DNA of 43,004 nt from contig DATCIR010000220.1 of NCBI GenBank assembly GCA_036507695.1, positions 1 through 43,004 of the forward strand. The letters run 5' to 3'. Below the pieces are notes generated by a model. It was not told where the DNA came from, made no database searches, and saw only the letters and a list, made by a program, of their open reading frames with translations. Source of the DNA: Gammaproteobacteria bacterium (GTDB lineage: Bacteria > Pseudomonadota > Gammaproteobacteria > SZUA-152). The position numbers were made by a program, and so were the translations under genes. This document shows, in pieces, positions 35,552 to 43,004 of this stretch. How positions within the stretch are numbered: position 1 is the first letter of the stretch; each line of letters begins with the position of its first letter.

Positions 35552-35717
35552 CTAGCCCGCATTTCTCACCAGGCGGCCGCTAACGATCAAGAAAAGACGG
35601 AAAAACAAATGGCTATGCATCATAAATCGAAGACACACTGTTCAGCTCCCTAGCCTATCGCGGTTCAGACTGGTCTTCGCGTCTGCTCCCGCGATCCTGG
35701 TGAGAAATGCGGGCTAG
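35552..35717. repeat. Perfect 22-bp inverted repeat CTAGCCCGCATTTCTCACCAGG around a 122-bp spacer, at the truncation point of intI
   Basis: Arms at 35552-35573 and 35696-35717. No ORF inside and no TSD seen. Confidence 0.7.
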
Positions 35718-35978
35718 TGCAACTCATCATGCCAGGATTGAAAATTACCGGCCTGACTATTGTAACAGCTTGGCGATCGAAAACGGTGCTCATGGATTTC
35801 CCGCCAACATAAAATTGTTTTCTTAGCTTCTGAACAGCAACTGTTGTGCCAGCGCCTAACCCGCTGTTTTTGCGAGCCGTTAAAAGTGAATGCCGCACTG
35901 TAATGGTTCATTGACCAATTTAGTAGTGCACGGTTTATGAGCGCAGCGCGCGCACGGAGAAATTTTACGGCTTTGGCA

Positions 35979-36941
35979 TTATGTGACCCACTCCTTATAA
36001 CCCTTGGCATTGCGCACCAAAATATGATTGTAGGAAAAATCAATATCGAATATCCGCAAGCGGGCGCATTCAAGCAGCCGTAAACCACAGCCATATAAAA
36101 GATTCGCCATTAAACGATGCGTATGATTATTTATACCGGAAAACAACCGGGTTATCTCCGCGCGGGATAGCACCACGGGTAACCGCCGGGGTTTTTTGGA
36201 GTGTGTAAAGTGCCCAATATCGCCTAACTCTTTTTCCAAAACGTATTTATAAAAAAATACCAGCGCACACAATGCCTGCCCCTGTGTGCTGCTCGATACC
36301 TGCCGCTTAATCACACGATATTCAAGAAACGCGGCTACGGCACTGCCATCCAACGCCGCCGGGTCGTTCATGGCATGGAACGCCACGTATCTAGCCACCC
36401 CGTTTTCGTAAGACTGCTCGGTTCGGATCGCATAATTTTTAACACGTATTTCGGTAATCAATTTATTGAAGTGCTGCGGATACGCAATGCGCACTTTATT
36501 GATCAAGCGATTATCGGACGTGGATAAGACAACGGTGTCGCCGCCGTTACTTTGCGGTGCGCTGTAATTAGAACTTACTGGCCTGTGGTTGTCCCTGGCC
36601 ACGGTAGCGTGCGACGGCTCCAACCCGGCCGCGGATTCAATCCAGTCATGCCACGGAAATTGGCTAGCCCAATCCGTCCGTACCCTGGCAACAAACAATA
36701 TCTTTAACGCATCAACCGCTTGTTTAAACTGCCAATCCTCCAGCCTGGGATTTCGGCCCAATTTCTCCCGGTAACTTTGAACCGTTTGCACAGTATGTTG
36801 CGCCATTTGAATGGTGGGGTGCGCCTTAATGAATTCCTCGACTCGCTTTACATACCAGCGAATGGAAGGCGTGGGAACATTATCAGTTTTTGTTTTGTTG
36901 ATATAGTTCTCCCAAAACCGGTCGATAGCCTCCGTTTTCAT
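35979..36941 (-). pseudogene. intI: Integron integrase IntI, C-terminal catalytic half lost; carries a ~145-aa N-terminal extension
   Basis: IRVKNYAIRTEQSYENGVARYVAFH...VSSSTQGQALCALVFFYKYVL...RLPVVLSRAEI...LLYGCGLRLLECARLRIFDIDF...ILVRNAKGYKE matches the IntI N-terminal and core-binding pattern. The frame stops at the GKGxKDR position. Only weak frame-shifted remnants follow (for example GLGAGTTVAVQKLRKQF). No HxLRHSFATHLL or TMIYTH box is present. Confidence 0.75.
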
Positions 36942-36992
36942 GGAATCTCCCTCGCGATTGTTTTGCGCGCAATTTAACCGTGGTGTAAGGGG

Positions 36993-37012
36993 TACTGCTT
37001 ATAAAAGCAGTA
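36993..37012. promoter_or_regulatory. LexA (SOS) box upstream of intI
   Basis: TACTGCTTATAAAAGCAGTA is a perfect palindrome with CTG-N10-CAG. It matches 16 of 20 positions of TACTGTATATATATACAGTA and lies 52 nt upstream of the intI ATG. Confidence 0.7.
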
Positions 37013-37366
37013 GTCTATCAAAATCAAACAATATGTCCACCATCTATCTTTTACAGACTTAGTGACAATGTCGATAAGTCAGTAAATTTGACACAGGCAA
37101 TAAATACAGCCGGGTAAACACCTTTTGATGGGTAAAAAATCCGGCAACCGGTGGCGAGTGCTATTGAGCGAGCACTCAAATAATCGTCCCGCTGGCTCGA
37201 ATTGTTGGCATATATAAGCTATAACAATATGAAAAATAGAATAAATCAGAACAGCAAAAGAGCAGTACCTTACCCATTAAAACCGGGTATAGCAGATCCG
37301 GTCAGCTAAAGTTGATTGACAACGTGAATCGCAATTGGCAATGTTCGGAAAAAGATTTATAAACTG

Positions 37367-37413
37367 TGTCGATAAGTCTGGAAAATGACAATCTGTATAA
37401 ACAACTATTATGT
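37367..37413 (+). other. Candidate attI region and cassette 1 junction (crossover predicted between 37407 and 37408)
   Basis: TTATGT at 37408-37413 is the exact complement of the R'' core ACATAA(C) of the first attC. It is the only such match between intI and the first ORF. A 24-nt repeat (37367-37390), also present at 37069-37093, lies just upstream. The base before TT is A, not the canonical G. Confidence 0.4.
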
Positions 37414-37428
37414 TTCAAGGAGAGATCA

Positions 37429-38586
37429 GTGTCACGTGCCGTAACGGCTGATCATGTGTTGTTCGACGAGTGCATCAGCGCTTTCCGGCCTAATGGTGAA
37501 CAACGTTTTCGTTTGCGTGATGGACCAAGCTACTCATATCTTCTGACTAACTTTGAGCTTTCTAAGGACTGGCAGTTGCCCAATTGCACAGTTCACCGAT
37601 CAGTGCGTGTCCACCTACCTGGTGCGTATTCCGCATTCATTTGTAGAGTTGATAATCCTGAATCGTGTGATTCTCATAACTCACATCTCTACGGCATAGC
37701 ACTGTCTTCGATTGTTACTTTCTCATCGGGCCGACTCTGCAAGTCGACACGAGATGATTATCTATGCAGGAGAGAGAGTCTTACAGAACACGATGCCGTA
37801 GAACTTTCACTCTTTTATCCTGTTCTTACTGCTGGCCCAGGTTGCGTACATACGTCGCTCACGGCTATTACTCTACAAAAGTACGAAGACGAATTGAGAC
37901 ATCTAATTTCGCAATTGCATGTAGTGCCTTACTCCACATACGTCGTTCTTATGCAGGCGATCCGCCTTGTCCATCTCTAGCTGTTAGCGAAGAGAGATGA
38001 CTTTGGCATGGCGTATTTATTAATCGTATCGGCGATAGAGTCAGTTGCGCAACACGCGATAAAACGGGATAAGGTGAGGAAAGTGCACCCCAATGAAGAT
38101 GCATGGTCCAGCCGAGCACAGCATGATCAAGAGTTTTCGCAGCTACTAAAAGCCTATCGAGAAGCGCGAGGTCAGAATCAATACCTTAAAGAGCGATACG
38201 TTGAGTTCATCAACACGTTTGCCCCTGCCTCTGACTGGGAGAAAGTAGTTTCCCATCCTCTTCAGGACTTGGCTGACTACGTTCGAGATATATCCCCGAC
38301 ACACGGCATGGATCACGTTGTTGAGAAACATTGGTTCGAAAAGTACCCCGCGGACCTCTCGAATAAAGAGATTGGAACCATTCTCTCTGACTCTTATACC
38401 CACCGATCGTGCTTCATCCATAGAGGCGAACAGCCCCCTCATCGGGAGCCCACATCATTCAACCGTTTCTTTCAAGAATTTCTGGATTACGATGGCACCG
38501 CGATAATTAAGCAACTTCTGCCGAATTACGATCTGCTTTTCGGGATTGCGCAATGTTCGATACGCAACTGGATGGACAGCATATGA
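37429..38586 (+). pseudogene. Cassette gene for a ~385-aa protein with a C-terminal HEPN-like Rx4H motif, interrupted by one in-frame TAG (37978-37980)
   Basis: Track ORFs 37366..37980 and 38008..38586 are in the same frame, separated only by the TAG. AAGGAGAG lies 4 nt before GTG 37429. The motif is YTHRSCFIHRGE. The helical pattern AYLLIVSAIESVAQHAI directly follows the stop. Confidence 0.55.
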
Positions 38587-38587
38587 A

Positions 38588-38650
38588 ACATAACAAATAA
38601 GGATAGGTCGCGTGAGCGCAGCGAACCGCGACCTTATCCATTGGTTGAAC
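38588..38650 (+). other. attC site 1
   Basis: R'' is ACATAAC and R' is GTTGAAC (GTTRRRY). The imperfect stem is AAGGATAGGTCGCG / CGCGACCTTATCC with a bulged base. It starts 2 nt after the stop codon. Confidence 0.7.
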
Positions 38651-38856
38651 AAGCCCGGCGGTGACTCAGAAATTACTTATTTATAGCAAATATCTCAATA
38701 GGGAAAGAGGGCTTGCATGGCGCAAGCATAAATTGCGGGCGAGTCAGGACCTCGCCCGGCACAGGCGATAAAAAGCAAGGGGTTATCTCATAGCGTTAAA
38801 GCCTCCTCTGTGAGTGTATTTTGGGTGAGGCGTGTCGCATGACACAACGCTGTTAA

Positions 38857-39904
38857 TTATCCGGCACGCCAACTGGGCGGAACGAAGGCGATGATGCGCA
38901 TGGGACATCGGCACCGCCGGCAGATAAACGCCGGGCGGATGCCAGGCTCCGGCACAGGCAGTGTTACGTTTAGAACCATCTGGATCAGCTGCCGGATCTT
39001 GGCCGCATTGCCGTGCAAGAAACCATAATCCCGAGTCCGGCGAAACCCTTTGGGCAAGGCATGCTGAAACACGCGCCACAGGAAGTCCTCGCCGTTGCAG
39101 CGCTGGATTTTAAACGCGTTGGTTTCGCTATCACGGTAACGGAACGTCACCTGGGCGCCATCATCGGACAAGATGTTGTTCTCATCGATGACACCGCGAT
39201 ACAAATAACGCGACAGGTATTTCAACGCGGGCAATCCACTGCCCACATGATCACAATGCACCACCCAGTGCGCGGGTAGATTGGCCGGCAGCGTAAATCC
39301 GGCCTTGGCGATGGCCGCCAGCATCCGCGCGCGAAACACCGTGGCCAGGTTGATCTCGTTAAACAGATACTGGCCGCGGCGCTTTTTCCACTGGCGCCGG
39401 GCGCGCAGGTAGCACCCGCCGGGGATGATCATGTGCACGTGGGGATGAAAGGCCAATCGCCGCGAATGCGTATGCAGCACGGCGGTTAAACCCAGCTCAC
39501 CCCCGAGGGCCTTGTCATTCAGACCAAAGGTTTTGAGGGTGCTGACCGCGCACTCGAACAGCAGGGCGTACAGCGTGCGTTGATGATGCCACGCTAGGTT
39601 TCGCAGCTGTCGTGGCACGGTAAAGGTTGCCATATAGTACTCGACAGGCAACAGCTTCTGCGCCTGACGTTGCAACCACTGCCCCGTGTCATAGTGCTGG
39701 CAAGCCGCAACTGCGATGCCCGCAGCTGTGATAGCGCTCGGCTTGGGTTTGACACTTTGGACAAGACAGCGTCATGTGCCCATAGCGTTCAGTACGACAG
39801 GCCAGCACCGCATTGATAGCCTTTTGCATGGCCGGTGTCATGGTGTCGGCATATTTGGCGTCAAAGCCACTGCGGTAGGTGTGCACAACGGAGGCGAGAT
39901 TCAT
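38857..39904 (-). pseudogene. IS91-family transposase, frameshifted after the N-terminal zinc-binding domain
   Basis: The N-terminal ORF has CPKCQ...HSCGHRSC. The frame then breaks. The expected continuation ACQHYDTGQWLQRQAQKLLPV is in the next frame (about 39680-39700). The core has AVLHTHSRRLAFHPHVHMIIPGG. Confidence 0.75.
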
Positions 39905-40859
39905 GCTTTAACCTCCGCAAAGCGCAGATCCAGGCCGTTGACCAGGTCATTGATCATGCGGTTGGCGTTTTGCGCCGCCGGCTCGGTGAGCTGAGTGTAG
40001 ACGGCGGTGGTCTTGGGACTGTCGTGGCCCATCGCCTGCTGAATGGCGCGCAAGTGCACGCCGGCGGCCATTAAATGCGCCCCGTAACAATGGCGTAAAC
40101 TGCGAATCGAAATACGTTTGTGGATCCCGCATGCGGTGACGATCTTCTTAAACGACACCTGCGTGCCGCCCCGGCTCATGGGTTTTTTTGCCGCAAACTG
40201 CTGCTCACTGGTGCGGCCCTCGTGGAACAACCAGACGGGATTTCGATGGGTAGACCAGTATTGGCGTAAGGCATACAATGTGAGTTCGGGCAAAATGACA
40301 TAGCGATCTTTCCGGCCTTTGCCGTTGCGAATGTGCGCACGGTTTAACTGGGAATCGATGTCACCGACCTTCAGATTCAGGGCTTCGCCCAGGCGCAGGC
40401 CCATGCTGTAAGTGGTGAGGATAAACACCTGGTAGCGCAACTCGCGGGTGGAGTTGATCAGCCTTGCCACCTCCTCAGGGGTGAGAATGTCGGGCAACGA
40501 ACGCACCTGGGGCGGTTTGGCCGCTATTTGCTCCATGCAATAGCGGCATTTCCGCCATCCCTGGCGGTCACGATATCCACCCACTGCCAGTGTTTATCGA
40601 GCACATGTTTATAGAAAAACTGCAAGCCGTTGCGATCAAGTTTGACGGTACTCCAGGAATGGGACTGTACCAGCGAGGAAAAGTAGTCTTTTAAATCCGC
40701 CACGCTGAGACGGTCAGGGCAGCAATCGAAGTACTCGGCAATGCGCCGCACGGCGCGGGCATAGGCATCAATCGTGGCCCTGGCCTTGCCCTGACGCTTG
40801 AGGGCTTTAACGTGGGCTTGATACAGATTATTGAAACGGCTTTGTTGTGATCGGTTCAT
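39901..40859 (-). pseudogene. Tyrosine recombinase (phage-integrase family), split by one frameshift near 40524-40584
   Basis: The N-terminal SAM-like part is TIDAYARAVRRIAEYF...LSVADLKDYF. The C-terminal part has RLGEALNLKVGDID, GKGRKDRYV, SIRSLRHCYGAHL and GHDSPKTTAVYTQL (R, K, H-x-x-R, H and Y all present). Its TGA overlaps the transposase ATG (ATGA). Confidence 0.75.
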
Positions 40860-40969
40860 GTGGAAAATCCTCCGTAGTTAACGTACTCGGGATTGGGTAC
40901 GGGAGGATTATCCCTTTACTTACATTGATAACTAACGATGAATTGGGTTTTCTGCCGCGTAGCGGCTTT

Positions 40970-41041
40970 GTTCAACAACCGGTTCGAGCCGACCTTCGGG
41001 TCGCTGCGCTCCCCTTCGGCGGCTCAAACGGAACGTTAGGC
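40970..41041 (+). other. attC site 2
   Basis: R'' GTTCAAC is the exact complement of GTTGAAC at 38644-38650, where this cassette starts. R' is GTTAGGC. The stem is GGTTCGAGCCG / CGGCTCAAACGGAAC. The central TCGCTGCGCTCC is shared with attC 3 and, inverted, with attC 1. Confidence 0.8.
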
Positions 41042-41061
41042 TATTTAGTTCGAAAAAGGAG

Positions 41062-41262
41062 ATGCCTGTGAGTAATCGAAAGAATCTTAAATCAGCACGA
41101 GCTTATCGCTCTCCGACGGGCGGGTGGAAGTTAGATGTAACTTTTCAAGATGGCGTTGTCGGAAACTTAAAAAGCAACGTAGACGCAACCTACCAAACAC
41201 TTGAAGATGTTGCGATAGAAATTGGTAACACAAATCTGAAGGAATTCGCAGTAGAAGTATAA
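41062..41262 (+). CDS. Hypothetical 66-aa soluble protein (cassette 3, first ORF)
   Basis: AAGGAGA lies at the start. The start is ATG 41062 or GTG 41068, about 25 nt from the cassette boundary. I recognise no family. Confidence 0.5.
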   Translation: MPVSNRKNLKSARAYRSPTGGWKLDVTFQDGVVGNLKSNVDATYQTLEDVAIEIGNTNLKEFAVEV

Positions 41263-41292
41263 ATGATATCTAGATAGTGATTCGAGGAATAA

Positions 41293-41637
41293 ATGGAAAT
41301 AGAAAAACTAAAACTTCTTCATGACCACACCAAGCACGTGACCACATTATCAACTGGCGCAATACTTATTTTGGTCGCGTTTTACGAAAAATTACCGAAA
41401 ATACCAGTGGCTCATAAACTCATTCCTGTTTCTCTCCTGTTTTTTGTAATTTGCATCTTATCTGCAACACTGGCTCAAATAGTTGTAGTGGTATCGCATT
41501 CTAATGAAGATAAAGAATATGAGAAAAATACTTTAGAGTTTACGGACAAAGTATTTTTGGCGTCATGGGTTACGTTTGCGGCAGGTATGGTAACTTTGTG
41601 CATTACGGGAATGTTTGATTTATTTATTGCCGCCTAA
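41293..41637 (+). CDS. Hypothetical 114-aa membrane protein, 3 predicted TM helices (cassette 3, second ORF)
   Basis: GAGGAA precedes the ATG. The stop TAA lies inside the R'' core of attC 3, as is typical of cassettes. Confidence 0.55.
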   Translation: MEIEKLKLLHDHTKHVTTLSTGAILILVAFYEKLPKIPVAHKLIPVSLLFFVICILSATLAQIVVVVSHSNEDKEYEKNTLEFTDKVFLASWVTFAAGMVTLCITGMFDLFIAA

Positions 41638-41712
41638 CTAGCGCGTAAACATGGACGCATTTTTCGGTCGCTGCGCTCCCTACAAATACGCCAGTTACGC
41701 TTTACGTTAGCC
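41632..41712 (+). other. attC site 3
   Basis: R'' GCCTAAC is the exact complement of GTTAGGC at 41035-41041. R' is GTTAGCC. The stem is GCGTAAAC / GTTACGCTTTACG. Confidence 0.8.
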
Positions 41713-41734
41713 ATAAATAATAAGAGAGGAACCG

Positions 41735-42085
41735 ATGTTTACAATCCAAGATATCCCAAATGTAGTGGGTTGGCTGTTTGGTATTCTCCCTGCACTAGGA
41801 GTGATGTATTGGGCGTGGTTAAGCCGGGGCGAAAGCTGGAGATTGTCGGTTTTATGTTGCGGGTTCCTGCTTGTAGCACTCGGTGTGTGGATGGCAGGTC
41901 TTTTTATAGAAATAATTGATTATATTGAAACTCTTCCAGCAGAAAAAACGGGGCGCGATTCTGTTTGGGCGGTACTGAAAAATAGTAGCGCTATATGGCT
42001 TTTATTTTTTCCGGCCGCTGCAGGGGGAGTTGGAGTCAATCTGATTTCTGCATGGCTTACTACGAAGAAACCAAGCAATGGCTAA
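41735..42085 (+). CDS. Hypothetical 116-aa membrane protein, 3-4 predicted TM helices (cassette 4)
   Basis: GAGAGGAA precedes the ATG. The stop TAA lies inside the R'' of attC 4. Confidence 0.55.
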   Translation: MFTIQDIPNVVGWLFGILPALGVMYWAWLSRGESWRLSVLCCGFLLVALGVWMAGLFIEIIDYIETLPAEKTGRDSVWAVLKNSSAIWLLFFPAAAGGVGVNLISAWLTTKKPSNG

Positions 42086-42164
42086 CAAGGCAAATTCACA
42101 CGGACGGCAAAAAGCGCCGCTCGTTCCTCGCTCTGCTTTTTGCCGCCGGTGATTTGCGGCGTTA
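42080..42164 (+). other. attC site 4, interrupted in its R' core by a group II intron
   Basis: R'' GGCTAAC is the exact complement of GTTAGCC at 41706-41712. The inner stem is a perfect 10 bp, GGCAAAAAGC / GCTTTTTGCC. R' reads GTTA and is followed at once by GTGCG. Confidence 0.75.
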
Positions 42165-43004
42165 GTGCGCCAAGCGAAGCTTGGTGCATCTTGCAGGGTG
42201 AAAGTCCCTGTCGGGTAAGGGCTAACCACCCACCCGTATCGAGTGTTGCGCCCATGGCGGAACCGAAGTTTGTTTTGTAAGAAACGAATTTCCAAAGGTG
42301 AACAAAGTGGGTGAAGCGTAGAGCCGGCCCCGCGAAGCGTTTTGGGTCCACAGAGAATTGTGCAGGCCGTAGGGCGTTCGCAGCGCCTGAAAGTTGGAAC
42401 AGCTTCGAAAAGCCAATTGAGATCGACGAGGGTTTTAACGCACACCGAAGTCAACACAGAAGCATCCGCTAGGGTAAGGATGTGAAGGATCTCCGGAGTC
42501 CTCAGACTGTGGCATGTACAAACAGATGCATTCAAGAACTTGGGAGCCCCATCGAGGCCCTGATAGGAAGACATGGAAGGAGATTGAATTGCTAGAGACA
42601 CGAAGCACTGCGGAGACGGGACTATGCTGGTTTCCGGAAATGGATTCATACTATCAGGAAAGCTCCGAAGCCGGTAAAGCGGATAAGGGCCGATGGCTCG
42701 GTGGGAGTCGGATCAAGCGTAGTACTCGGAGCGTGGGAGAGCCACGTACAAGGGGAAGGACTTGACGGAAGTACGCAGCCTGCAAAGCCCCCTCATACCC
42801 GACGCGGAAGATTGGGAATACTATGAGCTCAGCTTTTTGCGGGGAATAGCCTACAAAGCAAAGACGCAACCGGCTTACCGGTTTCGAGACTTATCGCGCT
42901 GCCTCGATGAAACGCTGCTGAGGTATTGCTTTCGTAAGTTAAACAAGAAAGCGGCCTCAGGGGTGGATCGAGTCACGTATCTTGGCTATCGGGAACATCT
43001 CACG
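42165..43004 (+). mobile_element. Group II intron (5' part; ribozyme domains I-III and the start of the domain IV ORF), continues beyond the window
   Basis: It starts with the GUGCG 5' consensus at 42165, followed by about 600 nt of non-coding structured sequence. A reverse-transcriptase ORF then begins. Confidence 0.8.
42762..43004 (+). CDS. Group II intron-encoded reverse transcriptase/maturase, N-terminal fragment
   Basis: The frame is open from 42723. AAGGGGAAGGA precedes TTG 42762. My translation is ...AYKAKTQPAYRFRDLSRCLDETLLRYCFRKLNKKAASGVDRVTYLGYREHLT, the typical RT-0/RT-1 region (LNK.AA.GVD.VT). Confidence 0.75.
   Translation, partial: MTEVRSLQSPLIPDAEDWEYYELSFLRGIAYKAKTQPAYRFRDLSRCLDETLLRYCFRKLNKKAASGVDRVTYLGYREHLT

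Larger units (their letters stand above)
38651..40960 (-). mobile_element. IS91-family (rolling-circle, Y2/HUH transposase) element with a coupled upstream tyrosine recombinase; ends are approximate
   Basis: It contains the two genes listed next. The + strand reads GTTGAACAAG at its low-coordinate edge, which includes GAAC and CAAG, the IS91 target tetranucleotides. Hairpins occur at 38715-38731, 38742-38762 and 40866-40910. Confidence 0.6.

Noticed and set aside
35665-36094. 77-aa and 126-aa minus-strand ORFs downstream of the truncated intI
   Set aside because: I interpret them as frame-shifted remnants of the intI 3' region (weak G..G...L.RK..VF resemblance), not as independent genes.
38783-39279. 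ORFs of 98 aa (minus strand) and 88 aa (plus strand) overlapping the IS91 transposase gene
   Set aside because: They are alternative frames of the transposase coding region. The transposase frame has the HUH-type HPHVH motif.
42002-42869. 215-aa and smaller ORFs on both strands across 42000-42870
   Set aside because: They fall in the group II intron ribozyme region (domains I-III), which is expected to be non-coding. They also lack start signals.

Overview
This is a proteobacterial-looking chromosomal segment with three zones, read by eye from the ORF track and the nucleotide sequence with no database search. Zone 1 (about 600-16500) is a co-directional cluster of exported redox and beta-propeller proteins. 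It holds a putative outer-membrane beta-barrel, three small trihaem c-type cytochromes, a cupredoxin lipoprotein, two NHL-repeat lipoproteins, an 11-haem cytochrome with Gly/Met-rich inserts and a double lactonase-type propeller. A System II cytochrome c biogenesis set (ResB/CcsB-like, CcsA, TPR protein, TlpA-like thioredoxin) follows it. This looks like an uncharacterised porin-cytochrome style electron-transfer module and is my top candidate for the novel system. Zone 2 (17250-35400) starts with a complete System I operon, ccmABCDEFGHI. ccmD is missing from the ORF track, a TIR-flanked insertion separates ccmB from ccmC, and the ccmE 3' end is tandemly repeated. Next come a monohaem cytochrome c, three exported propeller proteins (2 Reg_prop-type, 1 Kelch), a MITE with an 8-bp target duplication, and housekeeping genes (DUF2784, PEBP/YbhB, formyltransferase, RraB-like, SulP, isoaspartyl peptidase). 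Zone 3 (35550-43004) is a decaying chromosomal integron. It has a truncated intI with an intact LexA box and four attC sites whose R''/R' cores match across cassette boundaries. One cassette gene is HEPN-like and carries an in-frame TAG. A frameshifted IS91-family element with a coupled tyrosine recombinase sits exactly at a cassette boundary. Two cassettes encode small membrane proteins. A group II intron is inserted in the core of the last attC and runs off the window. I found no rRNA, tRNA or CRISPR array.
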